IMG/VR virus record: IMGVR_UViG_3300028832_000114
Location: 32,001 to 96,000 of that record
Source: a virus
Lineage: Duplodnaviria > Caudoviricetes
Length of the DNA: 64,000 nt
Reading direction: 5' to 3' (one strand)
Shown piece by piece: positions 23,425 to 33,911 of this stretch. Each line of letters starts with the position of its first letter. Positions within the stretch are counted from its first letter, which is position 1. Both the position numbers and the translations under genes were made by a program. Under the pieces are notes generated by a model, which searched no databases, was not told the origin of the DNA, and saw nothing but the letters and a program-made list of their open reading frames with translations.

Positions 23425-24646
23425 AAAAATAAAAGAAGCATTAGAAAAAGAAATTATAAGACAACAACAAAATATTGAATTAATTGCGAGTGAAAATTAT
23501 GTATCTAATGATATATTAAAATTACAAGGAAGTATATTTACAAATAAATATGCAGAAGGATATCCCTCTAAAAGATATTATGGGGGATGTGAAAATGTTG
23601 ATACTGTTGAACAATTAGCTATTGATTATGTATGTAAATTATTTAATGTAAAATATGCAAATGTTCAACCTCATAGTGGTAGCAGTGCTAATATGGCGGT
23701 ATATAGAGCATTATTACAACCTGGTGATACTGTATTAGGCATGAATTTAAGTTCCGGTGGACATTTAACACACGGATATAAATTAAATTTTAGTGGAAAA
23801 GATTATAATATTATTAGTTATGATGTTGATTATAATGGATATATTAATTATGATAATATTGAAGAATTAGCACTACAATATAAACCTAAAATGATTATAG
23901 CAGGCGCTTCCGCATATCCAAGAAAAATAGATTTTGCAAGATTTAAAGATATTGCAGATAAATGTGGTGCATATTTAATGGTTGATATGGCACACATAGC
24001 TGGATTAGTTGCGGCAGGTTTTCATCAAAATCCTTGTGATTATGCAGATGTAGTAACTTCCACTACACATAAAACACTACGTGGACCTCGTGGAGGAATT
24101 ATATTAACAAATAATAGTGAAATTAGTAAAATAATTAATAAAACAATATTCCCAGGTATTCAAGGTGGACCTTTAGAGCATGTAATCGCCGCAAAAGCTC
24201 AGTGTTTTTATGAGGCACTACAATCCGATTTTAAAGAATATCAAAAACAAGTATTAAAAAATATTACAGCAATGGCTGAAGAGTTTCGTTCACTTGGGGT
24301 TTCTTTAGTAAGTGATGGCACTGATAATCATTTAATTTTAGTTGATGTATTTCACTCTTTTGGTTTAACAGGGGCGGAAGCAGAAATAATTTTAGATAAA
24401 ATTCATATTACAGTTAATAAAAACACTATTCCAGGAGAAACATTAAAAGCAACTGAGGCAAGTGGTATTAGAATTGGTAGTCCTGCTATGACAACTAAAG
24501 GACTTAAAGAAGAAGATTTTAAAACAATAGCAGATATTATTTATATGGCTTTATCTTTAAGAACTGATAAAAATGCATTAGAAAGACAAAAAGAAAGGGT
24601 ATTAGAAATTACAAATAAAATTTATTATGAGCAAACTAATTTTTAG
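23417..24646 (+). CDS. glyA: serine hydroxymethyltransferase
   Basis: [32 protein letters not shown] and the PLP lysine motif [13 protein letters not shown]. Confidence 0.97.
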   Translation: MDKKIKEALEKEIIRQQQNIELIASENYVSNDILKLQGSIFTNKYAEGYPSKRYYGGCENVDTVEQLAIDYVCKLFNVKYANVQPHSGSSANMAVYRALLQPGDTVLGMNLSSGGHLTHGYKLNFSGKDYNIISYDVDYNGYINYDNIEELALQYKPKMIIAGASAYPRKIDFARFKDIADKCGAYLMVDMAHIAGLVAAGFHQNPCDYADVVTSTTHKTLRGPRGGIILTNNSEISKIINKTIFPGIQGGPLEHVIAAKAQCFYEALQSDFKEYQKQVLKNITAMAEEFRSLGVSLVSDGTDNHLILVDVFHSFGLTGAEAEIILDKIHITVNKNTIPGETLKATEASGIRIGSPAMTTKGLKEEDFKTIADIIYMALSLRTDKNALERQKERVLEITNKIYYEQTNF

Positions 24647-25202
24647 ATATAGTGCTATGAATAGTGGCAAAACAACCAATTTGTTACAAGTAGCACATAA
24701 TTATGAAGAACGCGGGTTTATGGTTAAAATAGCTAAACCTGAAATAGATACAAAGGCGGATGACCGTGTTTCTAGCCGCATTGGACTAGAACGAAAGGTA
24801 GACTACCTAATACCGCCGCAAGGAGAAATATCAATAGATCTAAGAACTAATGTGCTATTGATTGACGAAGCACAATTTCTAAATAAAGAACAAATAGATC
24901 AATTATATGAAATATCAAAATTATATAATATTTTAATTATTTGCTATGGTTTAAGAACGGATTTCCGCATGCAAGGATTTCCTGGGGCTACTCGTCTACT
25001 AGAAATAGCTGATGAAATTGAAGAATTAAAAACTATTTGCTCTTGTGGCAAAAAGGCTACATTTAATCTTCGTCTAATTAATGGTTTTCCAACATTTGAA
25101 GGAGACCAAGTGTCTATTGATAATCAAGAAGAAATAAAATATGATAGTATATGCGGGGATTGTTATTTAAAATTAAAACAAGGAGCTAAAAATGGATTAT
25201 AA
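24627..25202 (+). CDS. tdk: thymidine kinase
   Basis: [23 protein letters not shown], zinc-binding cysteines. Confidence 0.95.
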   Translation: MSKLIFRYSAMNSGKTTNLLQVAHNYEERGFMVKIAKPEIDTKADDRVSSRIGLERKVDYLIPPQGEISIDLRTNVLLIDEAQFLNKEQIDQLYEISKLYNILIICYGLRTDFRMQGFPGATRLLEIADEIEELKTICSCGKKATFNLRLINGFPTFEGDQVSIDNQEEIKYDSICGDCYLKLKQGAKNGL

Positions 25203-25815
25203 AATTGAAACTAAAATTACTGATTTTGATATTAATTGAAAAAAAATAAAATCAGCATGTATGACTACTATATCAAAAGAAGCTGGAGATAAAGAACCAT
25301 CAAGTGAATGAAAAAGAAAATTATTATTATGTGAGCATAGTCCTATTCGTCGCGGTACTGTAAGTTGGAAGTGAGATGCTATTCCCTATGCAATTTCAAC
25401 TCATTTTGTAAGACATCATGAAGGTGTAGAAAAATGGGTAGGCACTCAAAGAGCTGATAGAACAGAAGTAAAAGATAGAAGTGAAAGAAGCCAAATGAAT
25501 CCAGTCCCTATGGAGATGGAAGCTAATATTCAAGCATTAATTAATATATCATATAAAAGACTTTGTACTTGTGCAGATCCACTTACTAGAAAATATTGGG
25601 AAAATACTTTATTAGCAATTAAGGAATATGATGAAGATATATTCTGGGCTTGTGTTCCTCAATGTATTAGATGTGGAGGATGCCCTGAATATAAAACTTG
25701 TGGATATTATGAACAATTTGCAAAAAATCTAACAATGGAAGAACAAATAGATATTCATAAAAGATATGATAAATATAATGAAGAAAGAGCTAAAAGACTA
25801 ACTTTGAAAAAATAA
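25192..25815 (+). CDS. thyX: flavin-dependent thymidylate synthase-like protein (code 4)
   Basis: EHSPIR, STHFVRHH, QRADR, KRLC; the N-terminal half is hidden by three TGA codons. Confidence 0.75.
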
Positions 25816-25832
25816 AAAAAATATATTATAAT
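25804..25832 (+). promoter_or_regulatory. sigma-A-type promoter
   Basis: TTGAAA-17-TATAAT. Confidence 0.55.
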
Positions 25833-25866
25833 ATTTATATATAAAATAAGAAAAGAGGTAAAAAAT

Positions 25867-26352
25867 ATGATAAGACCAATTTTAACATATCCTGCGGATA
25901 AAGAAATATTAACACAAAAAAGTGTTGAAGTAACAGAATTTAATGATGAAATAAAAGAAATTATAACCGATTTAATTGATACATTAAAAAATTCAACTGG
26001 TGCAGGCATTTCCGCAATTCAAATTGGAAAACCTTATCGTATTTGTGTTATAAATTGGTGTGATATTCATGTTTTAGTTAACCCAAAAATAACTAGAACA
26101 AGAGGAACTCATTCAATGAGGGAAGGCTGTTTATCAGTTCCTGGATTATTTGTTGATCATGAACGAGCTCAAAAAGTATGGATCACTGCACTAAACGAAA
26201 ATGGTGAAGAATATGAATATGCTGAGGGCGGCAATGGTAGCTATATTGCTCAACATGAATTAGACCATTTTGAAGGTACTTGTTCATTATTCCAAGCATA
26301 TGATGAAATAGAAAAAAATATAGGGGTTGAAAAGAAAAATGAAAATAATTAA
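25867..26352 (+). CDS. def: peptide deformylase
   Basis: GAGISAIQIG, EGCLS, QHELDH. Confidence 0.93.
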   Translation: MIRPILTYPADKEILTQKSVEVTEFNDEIKEIITDLIDTLKNSTGAGISAIQIGKPYRICVINWCDIHVLVNPKITRTRGTHSMREGCLSVPGLFVDHERAQKVWITALNENGEEYEYAEGGNGSYIAQHELDHFEGTCSLFQAYDEIEKNIGVEKKNENN

Positions 26353-26842
26353 AAGATTTTTATTAAATAGAAAATTAAAAAAAGAATATAAAAGAAAAAT
26401 ATTAGAACATAAAACAAAATTAATTCAAATTTTTAGAGAATTATTACAATGAAAAGATTGTGATTGGATAACTAAAGACTTGGATGTAATGAATAATTTA
26501 TGGTATAGAATATTAGAACATGATGATAGTCTATATGATAAAATAGAAATGAAAATATTTAAAAATCCTGATGGGAATTATTCTCAAGAAGAATATGACG
26601 CCGCAGTTCAACATCACATAAATAATAACGACCATCATTGGGAGAATAGAGTAGATGACCAAATTTTAACCTTACAAACTAAGCTAGCCTGTGTTGAAAA
26701 TCTACTAGATTGAATGTCTTATAAAACAGCTCCTTATGAAGAATGATTTACATTCATTGAAAATACAAAACTACCAGAAATACAAAAAAACTTCATGAAA
26801 GAATTTATGTGAGTAATAATAAATAATAAAATGGAGGTATAA
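26339..26842 (+). CDS. HD-like protein (DUF5662-like; code 4)
   Basis: EHK...EHDDS...EE..A..HH..NNDHHWE...E..LDW; four TGA. Confidence 0.6.
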
Positions 26843-26844
26843 TT

Positions 26845-27021
26845 ATGTTATGGTTTTGGATATTAGTTGGAATAGTAGTAGTATTAACAATAATATTTGT
26901 AATCTGCGCTATTATAACTGGTAAAAGTATGGAAGCATATTACACAGGACTAGATGACGAAGAGAGGTATTTAAATGATATTCCAGAAAAACAAGAAGAA
27001 AAAATTAAAGAAGAAGAATAG
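26845..27021 (+). CDS. small single-TM protein
   Basis: MLWFWILVGIVVVLTIIFVICAII plus an acidic tail; RBS GGAGG. Confidence 0.6.
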   Translation: MLWFWILVGIVVVLTIIFVICAIITGKSMEAYYTGLDDEERYLNDIPEKQEEKIKEEE

Positions 27022-27427
27022 CACTGTTGAAATGGGAACTTCTCTTTACGAAGTAAATAAAGGGCTTGTAGAAAAAAATGTTCCTGATTTAACAGATGAA
27101 GAAATGCAAAATAAAAAAACATTAATAATTGATTTTATAAATAATACAAGTAATCAATATTATATGTTATTATGCAATGATAAAAAAGATTATACAATAT
27201 TTAGAAGAGAAACGAATGAAAATAAAGATTTCTTAGACAATCTTGAAACTCCAGACCGCGATAGATTATGGAATGTATTAATTGATGAATGTCTTCCTAA
27301 CCGCGGCCGCACAAAATCAATAGAATTAACTGAAAATCAAGATGCTGTTGAGATATGGATCTCAATTGAGAGCGAAAGTTATTGCTATATGTTTTTTCCA
27401 TATGATGCAGCTATCATTGAATGTTAG
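26975..27427 (+). CDS. hypothetical protein
   Basis: ORF track; start uncertain. Confidence 0.65.
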   Translation: MIFQKNKKKKLKKKNSTVEMGTSLYEVNKGLVEKNVPDLTDEEMQNKKTLIIDFINNTSNQYYMLLCNDKKDYTIFRRETNENKDFLDNLETPDRDRLWNVLIDECLPNRGRTKSIELTENQDAVEIWISIESESYCYMFFPYDAAIIEC

Positions 27428-27436
27428 GAGGATAAA

Positions 27437-27703
27437 ATGACAATTATTGCAAATGTAAAAGGTTTTACTTTAGCACATCCAGTTATGGTTGTTGATAATG
27501 ATAAAGTCGTTTATGCAACAAAAGCATCTTTAAAAGATATGCCTGAATTACTTTCTCATTTTGCTCAAACTTATAATTGTAATCATATTACTTTTGTAGG
27601 TAATCAAAAATTTGCTGAGAAAATGGCAAATCAAACTAAAGATATTTTTAAAGCTAAATATAGTAAAGAAACTGAATTAGAAATTGAATACATTACTAAA
27701 TAA
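27437..27703 (+). CDS. hypothetical protein
   Basis: ORF track; RBS AGGAGG. Confidence 0.7.
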   Translation: MTIIANVKGFTLAHPVMVVDNDKVVYATKASLKDMPELLSHFAQTYNCNHITFVGNQKFAEKMANQTKDIFKAKYSKETELEIEYITK

Positions 27704-27719
27704 TAGTAATGTTTTTTTG

Positions 27720-27748
27720 TTGAAAAAAATAAAAAAATAGAGTATAAT
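27720..27748 (+). promoter_or_regulatory. sigma-A-type promoter heading the dut/glycosyltransferase run
   Basis: TTGAAA-17-TATAAT. Confidence 0.6.
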
Positions 27749-27780
27749 AAAGTATAAAGGAAAGAAAAGGAGATAAAATT

Positions 27781-28032
27781 ATGAAATATTTATTAGAAAC
27801 AACTGAATCTTATAGAGTTAGTACTGAAGAAGAAGTAACTCAATTAATAGAAAATGCAAAAAAAGATAATCATTATATATTAAAAAAACACACTTCACAA
27901 ATTAAAGAGCGTAAACAAAAAGGTGAGGTTGTTGATATGTGGTATAAAGTAACCTTAACAAAATATTTTACAAGTGAAAAAGAACCTGAAGGAACAACAG
28001 AAATTGTTTATAATGAGGGGAGCGCATTTTAA
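27781..28032 (+). CDS. hypothetical protein
   Basis: ORF track; RBS AAGGAG. Confidence 0.7.
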   Translation: MKYLLETTESYRVSTEEEVTQLIENAKKDNHYILKKHTSQIKERKQKGEVVDMWYKVTLTKYFTSEKEPEGTTEIVYNEGSAF

Positions 28033-28034
28033 TT

Positions 28035-28469
28035 ATGGAAATAAAATATAAAAAATTAGATTCAAATGCAAAAGAACCAACTCAAGGGAGTCCATATGCA
28101 GCAGGATATGATTTATATGCAGCAACAGATAAAGCAACAGGAATTAGACCGCATACAACAGTAAAGATTGGAACTGGTATTGCTATTGAGTTACCTGAAA
28201 ATACCTTTGGTGCTATTTTTGCTAGAAGCGGACTTGCTACAAAACAAGGATTGCGTCCTGCAAATTGTGTAGGAGTAGTTGATTCGGATTATAGAGGAGA
28301 AGTTATTGTAGCATTACACAATGATACAGATAATATACAAGTTATTTCATCTGGTGATCGTATAGCTCAATTGGTAGTTATGCCTTATATACCTGTTAGA
28401 TTTATTGAAACAGAAGAATTAACAGATACTGTCCGTGGTGATGGTGGATTTGGTTCTACAGGAGTTTAA
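28035..28469 (+). CDS. dut: trimeric dUTPase
   Basis: AAGYDL, ARSGLA, GVVDSDYRGE, RIAQLV, RGDGGFGSTG. Confidence 0.96.
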   Translation: MEIKYKKLDSNAKEPTQGSPYAAGYDLYAATDKATGIRPHTTVKIGTGIAIELPENTFGAIFARSGLATKQGLRPANCVGVVDSDYRGEVIVALHNDTDNIQVISSGDRIAQLVVMPYIPVRFIETEELTDTVRGDGGFGSTGV

Positions 28470-28471
28470 TA

Positions 28472-28674
28472 TGTTTGCAGCTCTAATGGGATTGCTTACA
28501 GCCCAAAACAATCTTAGAATGACTCAAGCAAGATTAATAACTCATCATATACCAATTAATAATAATGATATTGAAAAAGAACAAAAAGAAAAAGAAGAAT
28601 ATAAACCAAAGCATGAAGAAGAATTTTATAGACCTAAACATGCTAGTGAAATAGATATGTCAATATCAATTTAG
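28472..28674 (+). CDS. hypothetical protein
   Basis: MFAALMGLL...; contains a short repeat (YKPKH/YRPKH). Confidence 0.45.
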
Positions 28675-28682
28675 GAGGAAAA

Positions 28683-29609
28683 ATGAAATATTTAATTACA
28701 GGTAGCGGTTATTTGGCTAAAAATTTAATAGCTAGATTGTTAAACCACCCAGACACTGAAAAAATTAAAATCTTTTCAAGAGCAGAAAAAGAACAATGAG
28801 AAACAAAAACTCTTTTTAATAATGATTCTAGATTAGAATTTATTATTGGAGATGTTAGAGATTATCAAGCAATTTGTACTGCTTTTGTTGACGTAGATCG
28901 TTGTATTCATACTGGCGCAATTAAAAGAATTGAAGTTGCAGAAAAACAACCAATGGAAGCAATTAAAACTAATGTAATTGGTAGTATGAATGTTATAAAT
29001 GCGGCAATCGCTAATAAAGTTAAAAAACTTATACTTATCTCAACTGACAAAGCGACTTCCGCAACCACTTGCTATGGCAGTACTAAATTCTTAATGGAAT
29101 GTATGGCATATGCAAACGAAAGTGATACAGATATTATTTGCACTCGTTATGGAAATGTATTTGGTTCAACCGGCAGTGTTGTTCCAATATTTGATGAATT
29201 AAGCAAACAAGGTAAACCATTAACTATTAGAAATGGAGAAATGACTCGTTTCTTTATGGAAGTAAGTAAATGTGTTGATATTATTATAACTGCATTAGAT
29301 TGTGGGAAAAATGGAGAATTATGGATATATGCTAGTAAAGCCTGTACAATTAAAGATCTAGCCGATGCTTTTGGCGGAGAACAAATTATTACTGGTGTAG
29401 AAAACATTGAAAAAAATGATGAAGCCCTTATTACTATTAATGAATTAAATCACAGTATAAAAGCTGATGAATATTATATTATTCGTAAAGATTATAAAAG
29501 TGACATTGAATATACAGAGCCGTTAACAAGTTATACAGCAGAAAGATTAACACAAGATGAAATTAAACAAATGATTAAGAATTGGAGGATGGCAAATGAT
29601 AAAAGTTAG
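28683..29609 (+). CDS. NDP-sugar 4,6-dehydratase/epimerase (PseB/CapE-like, Polysacc_synt_2; code 4)
   Basis: ITGSGYL, IFSR, IGDVRD, KTNVIG, ISTDKA, YGSTK, RYGNVFGSTGSVVP, MTRF; one TGA. Confidence 0.88.
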
Positions 29610-30180
29610 TATCTTAATGCCAGCCTTCAATGCTGAACGTTTTATTCGAAATGCTTTAGCAAGCATTCCAAAAACTGACGAGATAGAAATTATAGTTGTT
29701 AATGATGGCTCTACAGATAAAACTGCGGCAATAGCTAAAGAATTTGATGTAAAATTAATTGACCGTAAGAAAAATATGGGCGTTGGTTATTCGCGCAAAG
29801 AGGCGCTTGCCGCCGCACAAGGTGAATACATAATGTTCTTTGATAGTGATGATACTATTAATACTGAAAATTTTAAAAAAGTAGTAGAAATGTTAGATGG
29901 AACTGATATAGTTTATTACGATATGATAAATAATAATGGAGAAATATATCATTTAAATGATTATTATAAAACAAAAGTTGTAGGAATGGTTAAATTTATT
30001 AGAAGAGAATATGCAAATAAATTTGATTATCCAGCACTACCAAGATACGAAGACGTAACTTTTAATGAAATGTTACAAAGTCTTCCACATACAGAAAAAT
30101 TTTCTAATTTAATTGTAGTAAACTATAATAACCCTAGATATGATAGCACTAGCGCAAAATGGCTTAGAGGTGAATTATAA
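29596..30180 (+). CDS. glycosyltransferase family 2
   Basis: SILMPAFN, IVVNDGSTD, FFDSDD, YED. Confidence 0.88.
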   Translation: MIKVSILMPAFNAERFIRNALASIPKTDEIEIIVVNDGSTDKTAAIAKEFDVKLIDRKKNMGVGYSRKEALAAAQGEYIMFFDSDDTINTENFKKVVEMLDGTDIVYYDMINNNGEIYHLNDYYKTKVVGMVKFIRREYANKFDYPALPRYEDVTFNEMLQSLPHTEKFSNLIVVNYNNPRYDSTSAKWLRGEL

Positions 30181-30181
30181 A

Positions 30182-30994
30182 ATGAAAATCAAATTATATT
30201 CACAATATCGTAGGTTTAATGATTTTCAAGAGCCAAAATATATTCAATGAGATCCAGACGGACAAATAGAAGCATATCATGATGTTTTTATCTCGGCGGC
30301 AATTCATAATAAAAATAACGGAAAAAAGAAAATTGCAATTATAACAGAACCAAGATGTGTTTGGCAACATGTTTTTGGAAACTTTGATATAGAACTATTT
30401 TTAAAAAGACAATATAATCTTTTTCAATATATATTTACATTTGATAATGAAATATTAAAATTGCCTAATGCTAAACCAATAGGTTTTCCTGGAATATGAT
30501 ATTCAGGAGACGAAGAAAAAACAAAAAATATCTCTATGTGTTGTTCTAATAAATCTATGTGTCCATCACATCTTAAAAGAAAAAAAGTTGCAGATAAATT
30601 AAAAAATAAAGTTGATATATTAGGAGATTATTTAGGAGAAGCAAGAGCTTCAACAAAAGACATATATAGTCAATATAAATACAGTGTTGTGTTAGAAAAT
30701 GATTGCTCTTATTGATATTATACAGAAAAAGTTATTAATGCTTTTGCTAATAAATGTATTCCAATTTATTATGGTACGCCTAGAATATTAGAACTATTTA
30801 ATCCAAAAGGAATAATTTTTGTTGAAAATTTAGATAAAATAGAAGAAATTATTGATAATCTAAACCCTCACTATTATGAAGAAAATATAGACGCAGTAAA
30901 TGAAAATTTTGAACTAGCAAAAAAATATAGTTGTTATGAAGATTGCCTATATTTAGATTATCAAAAAGAATTGGAGGACTTATGAAAATATTAG
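30182..30994 (+). CDS. glycosyltransferase family 10 (fucosyltransferase)-like (code 4)
   Basis: YKYSVVLEN....YYTEKV.NAF...CIPIYYG motif; missing from the ORF track because of TGA codons. Confidence 0.8.
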
Positions 30995-33321
30995 TTTTAA
31001 GTTGTGATAAGTATTCATATTTATGACCAACTTTTTTTACATTGCTAGATAAGTATTATCCAAATCATCCAGAGGTATATCTTTCAACAGAACAAAAAAA
31101 TTGTAAATATTGTAAAACAATCAATACTAAATCTGAAATATGAACAGATAGATATCAAAATGCGTTAAGACAAATTCCTGATGATTATGTTTTAGTTTTG
31201 TTAGAAGATTTTTTTATTCGTGGACCTGTTGATGAAGAGCGTATTAATCAATCATTAGAACTAATGAAAAACAATAAAAAAATTGCAGTATGTAATTTTG
31301 AATTACAATATAGAAAAGGAATTGAAAATGCATATCCTGGATATGATATTCAAAAAAATAATCAAATATATTTAAACTCTTGTCAACCTAGTTTGTGAAA
31401 TAGAGAAATATTAATTAATAGATTACAAACACCTCAAGATGCATGAGCATGAGAGACAACTCTTATTAATAGTCCATATCTTCATTTAATTAATAATACA
31501 AATAAATATATTATTGATATTGGATATAGACACCAAGCCATAACTGGAGATGGTTGAGGAGTAACAAGAGGCAGATTGTCTCAAGAGTGTCAAGACTTCT
31601 TAAAAACAGAAGGTTTAGAAATTAAAAAACATAAATTAAGTATTATTACACCCTATTACAATGTCTTAAACTATACCAAAGAGTTGGCGGCAGCACTTGA
31701 ACCGCAATTAACAGATGCAGTGGAATGAATTATTGTAGATGATGGTTGTAATGAGACCGAATTAGATAAATTAAATGCTCAAGTTATTCATTTAAAAGAG
31801 AATAGCGGCGGCGCTAGTGTTCCACGAAATGAAGGAATGAAAATTGCAGATGGCGATTATACAGTATTTATAGATGCTGATGATTTAGTTCAACCATATT
31901 ATATAAAAACAATTTTAAATAAAATTGAAAATAGTACATTTGATTATTGCTATTTTGGCTGAAAGGGTATTGGAGCATTACCTGTAAACATAATGATTAC
32001 TGATCAACCGCCAGAATGGAACACATCAATATGAAATTGTATTTATAAAACAGAAAATATAAAAAATATTCAATTTGATCCTGCGCTATGTATGGCTGAG
32101 GATTATGAATTTAATAAGCTAGCCCGCATAGGAAAATGTGAACACATAAATAAAATAATTTATATTTATAGGGCTGGTGTTGAAAATGGATTAACAAAAC
32201 GTGGAACTAAATATAACCCAAAATATAATAAACAATATGATTATAGTAATGTATTTTATTTTTATAAATTATCTGAAATTGGTGGTGTTGAAACATTTAT
32301 ATATCAACTTGCAAAAAAATACCAAAATTTAGATATAACAGTATTTTATAAAGAAGCTGATTCTCAACAATTAGCACGATTAAGCAGATATGTTAGTGTT
32401 AAACAATATACAGGACAAAAAATTACTTGTAAAAAAGCATTCTTTCACTATGATAGAAGTGCTATTGATACAATACAAGCTGATGAATATTATGGTATGA
32501 TACATGCAGATTATCTTAATTTTAGAGCTGCTCCTCCACCAACACATCCTAAAATTAAAACATATATTGGAGTAACTCAAGCTGTTTGTGATGCATTTAA
32601 AAAACGCACTGGTAAACCTTGTGTTTGCTGTTACAATCCTTTAGTAATAGGAAATCCACCTAAGGTATTAAGATTACTTTCCGCAACCAGATTTACATAT
32701 GAAAAGGGTGCTCAAAGAATAGAACAACTTGCAACAGCTTTAGAACAAGCTGGTATCCCATATGAGTGAACTATTTTTTCAGATACGGTATTTCCTGCAA
32801 AAAAACATAATATTATATTTAGAAAACCTCGTATGGAAATTTATGATGATCTAAGAAGAGCAGATTATGTAGTTCAATTAAGCGATACAGAATCGTTTTG
32901 CTACACAATGGTTGAAGCACTATCTGTTGGAACTCCAGTTATTGTATGCCCATGACCATGTTTAAAAGAACTTGGAGTTAACGAAACAAATTCATTTATT
33001 TTACCATTTAATATGAAAAACATTCCCGCAAAAGAAATTTATGAGAAAAAATTTAATTTTAAATATACTGTTCCAAAAGATATGTGAAACACATTCTTAA
33101 CTCAAGATGAATCAACCTATGCCCAAGAGCGTAGTAGATTATATTTAGTAGAGGCTCTTGATACTTATGAAGAAATGAAGTTAAAAGACGGTGTTTTGGG
33201 ATATCTACCTAAACGCGGAACAAGATGAACAGTAAATAAAGATAGATTAGATTATTTATTAGGTCAAAATCCTAGACATGTAGCATTTGTTAGAATTATT
33301 CCAGATGATGAATCAAAGTAG
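30982..33321 (+). CDS. trimodular glycosyltransferase (GT-A-like + GT2 + GT-B/GT4-like), 779 aa (code 4)
   Basis: Single frame with 13 TGA and 1 TGG. SCDKY..LW...LLEDFF; SIITPYYN..VDDG..FIDADD; IGGVETF...LSDTESFCYTMVEALSVGTPV. Confidence 0.85.
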
Positions 33322-33329
33322 GAGGAATT

Positions 33330-33899
33330 ATGAAACTTAGTATAATTACTCCTTACTTTGACGCTTTGGATTATACAACAGAATTGGCAAACAAACTTAT
33401 TCCTCAATTAAATAAAGATGTTGAATGAATTATAATTGATGATGGATGTCATGAAAAAGAACTTAATAAATTTTCTAAAAAAGTATTACACTTAGCTCAA
33501 AATCGCGGCTGCGCGGGATTACCGCGTAATATAGGTTTAGATGCCGCCCAGGGCGAATATATTACATTTGTTGATGCTGATGATTTAGTGGCGGACAATT
33601 TTGTTGAAGCAATTCTTAATAAAATAAATACCTCAACATTTGACTATTGTTATATGAATTGAGAAAGATTAGATAAATTATTTCACACAAATGTAAAAAA
33701 GGGTCGTCCTGAATGAAATTGTAGTGTATGAGGAATTGTATATAAAAAAACACTGATAAACTCTCATCGTTTTAATGATAAAAAAATTGCAGAAGATTAT
33801 GATTTTAATAAAGAAGTATTAAATGGAACGCAAGAAATTATTACTGATTTTCTATACTTTTATAGATTAAATAAAAAAGGAATTAGTCGTAACTATTAA
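33330..33899 (+). CDS. glycosyltransferase family 2 (code 4)
   Basis: SIITPYF, IIDDG, PRNIGLD, FVDADD, AEDYDFN; four TGA. Confidence 0.85.
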
Positions 33900-33911
33900 T
33901 AAGGAGGTATT

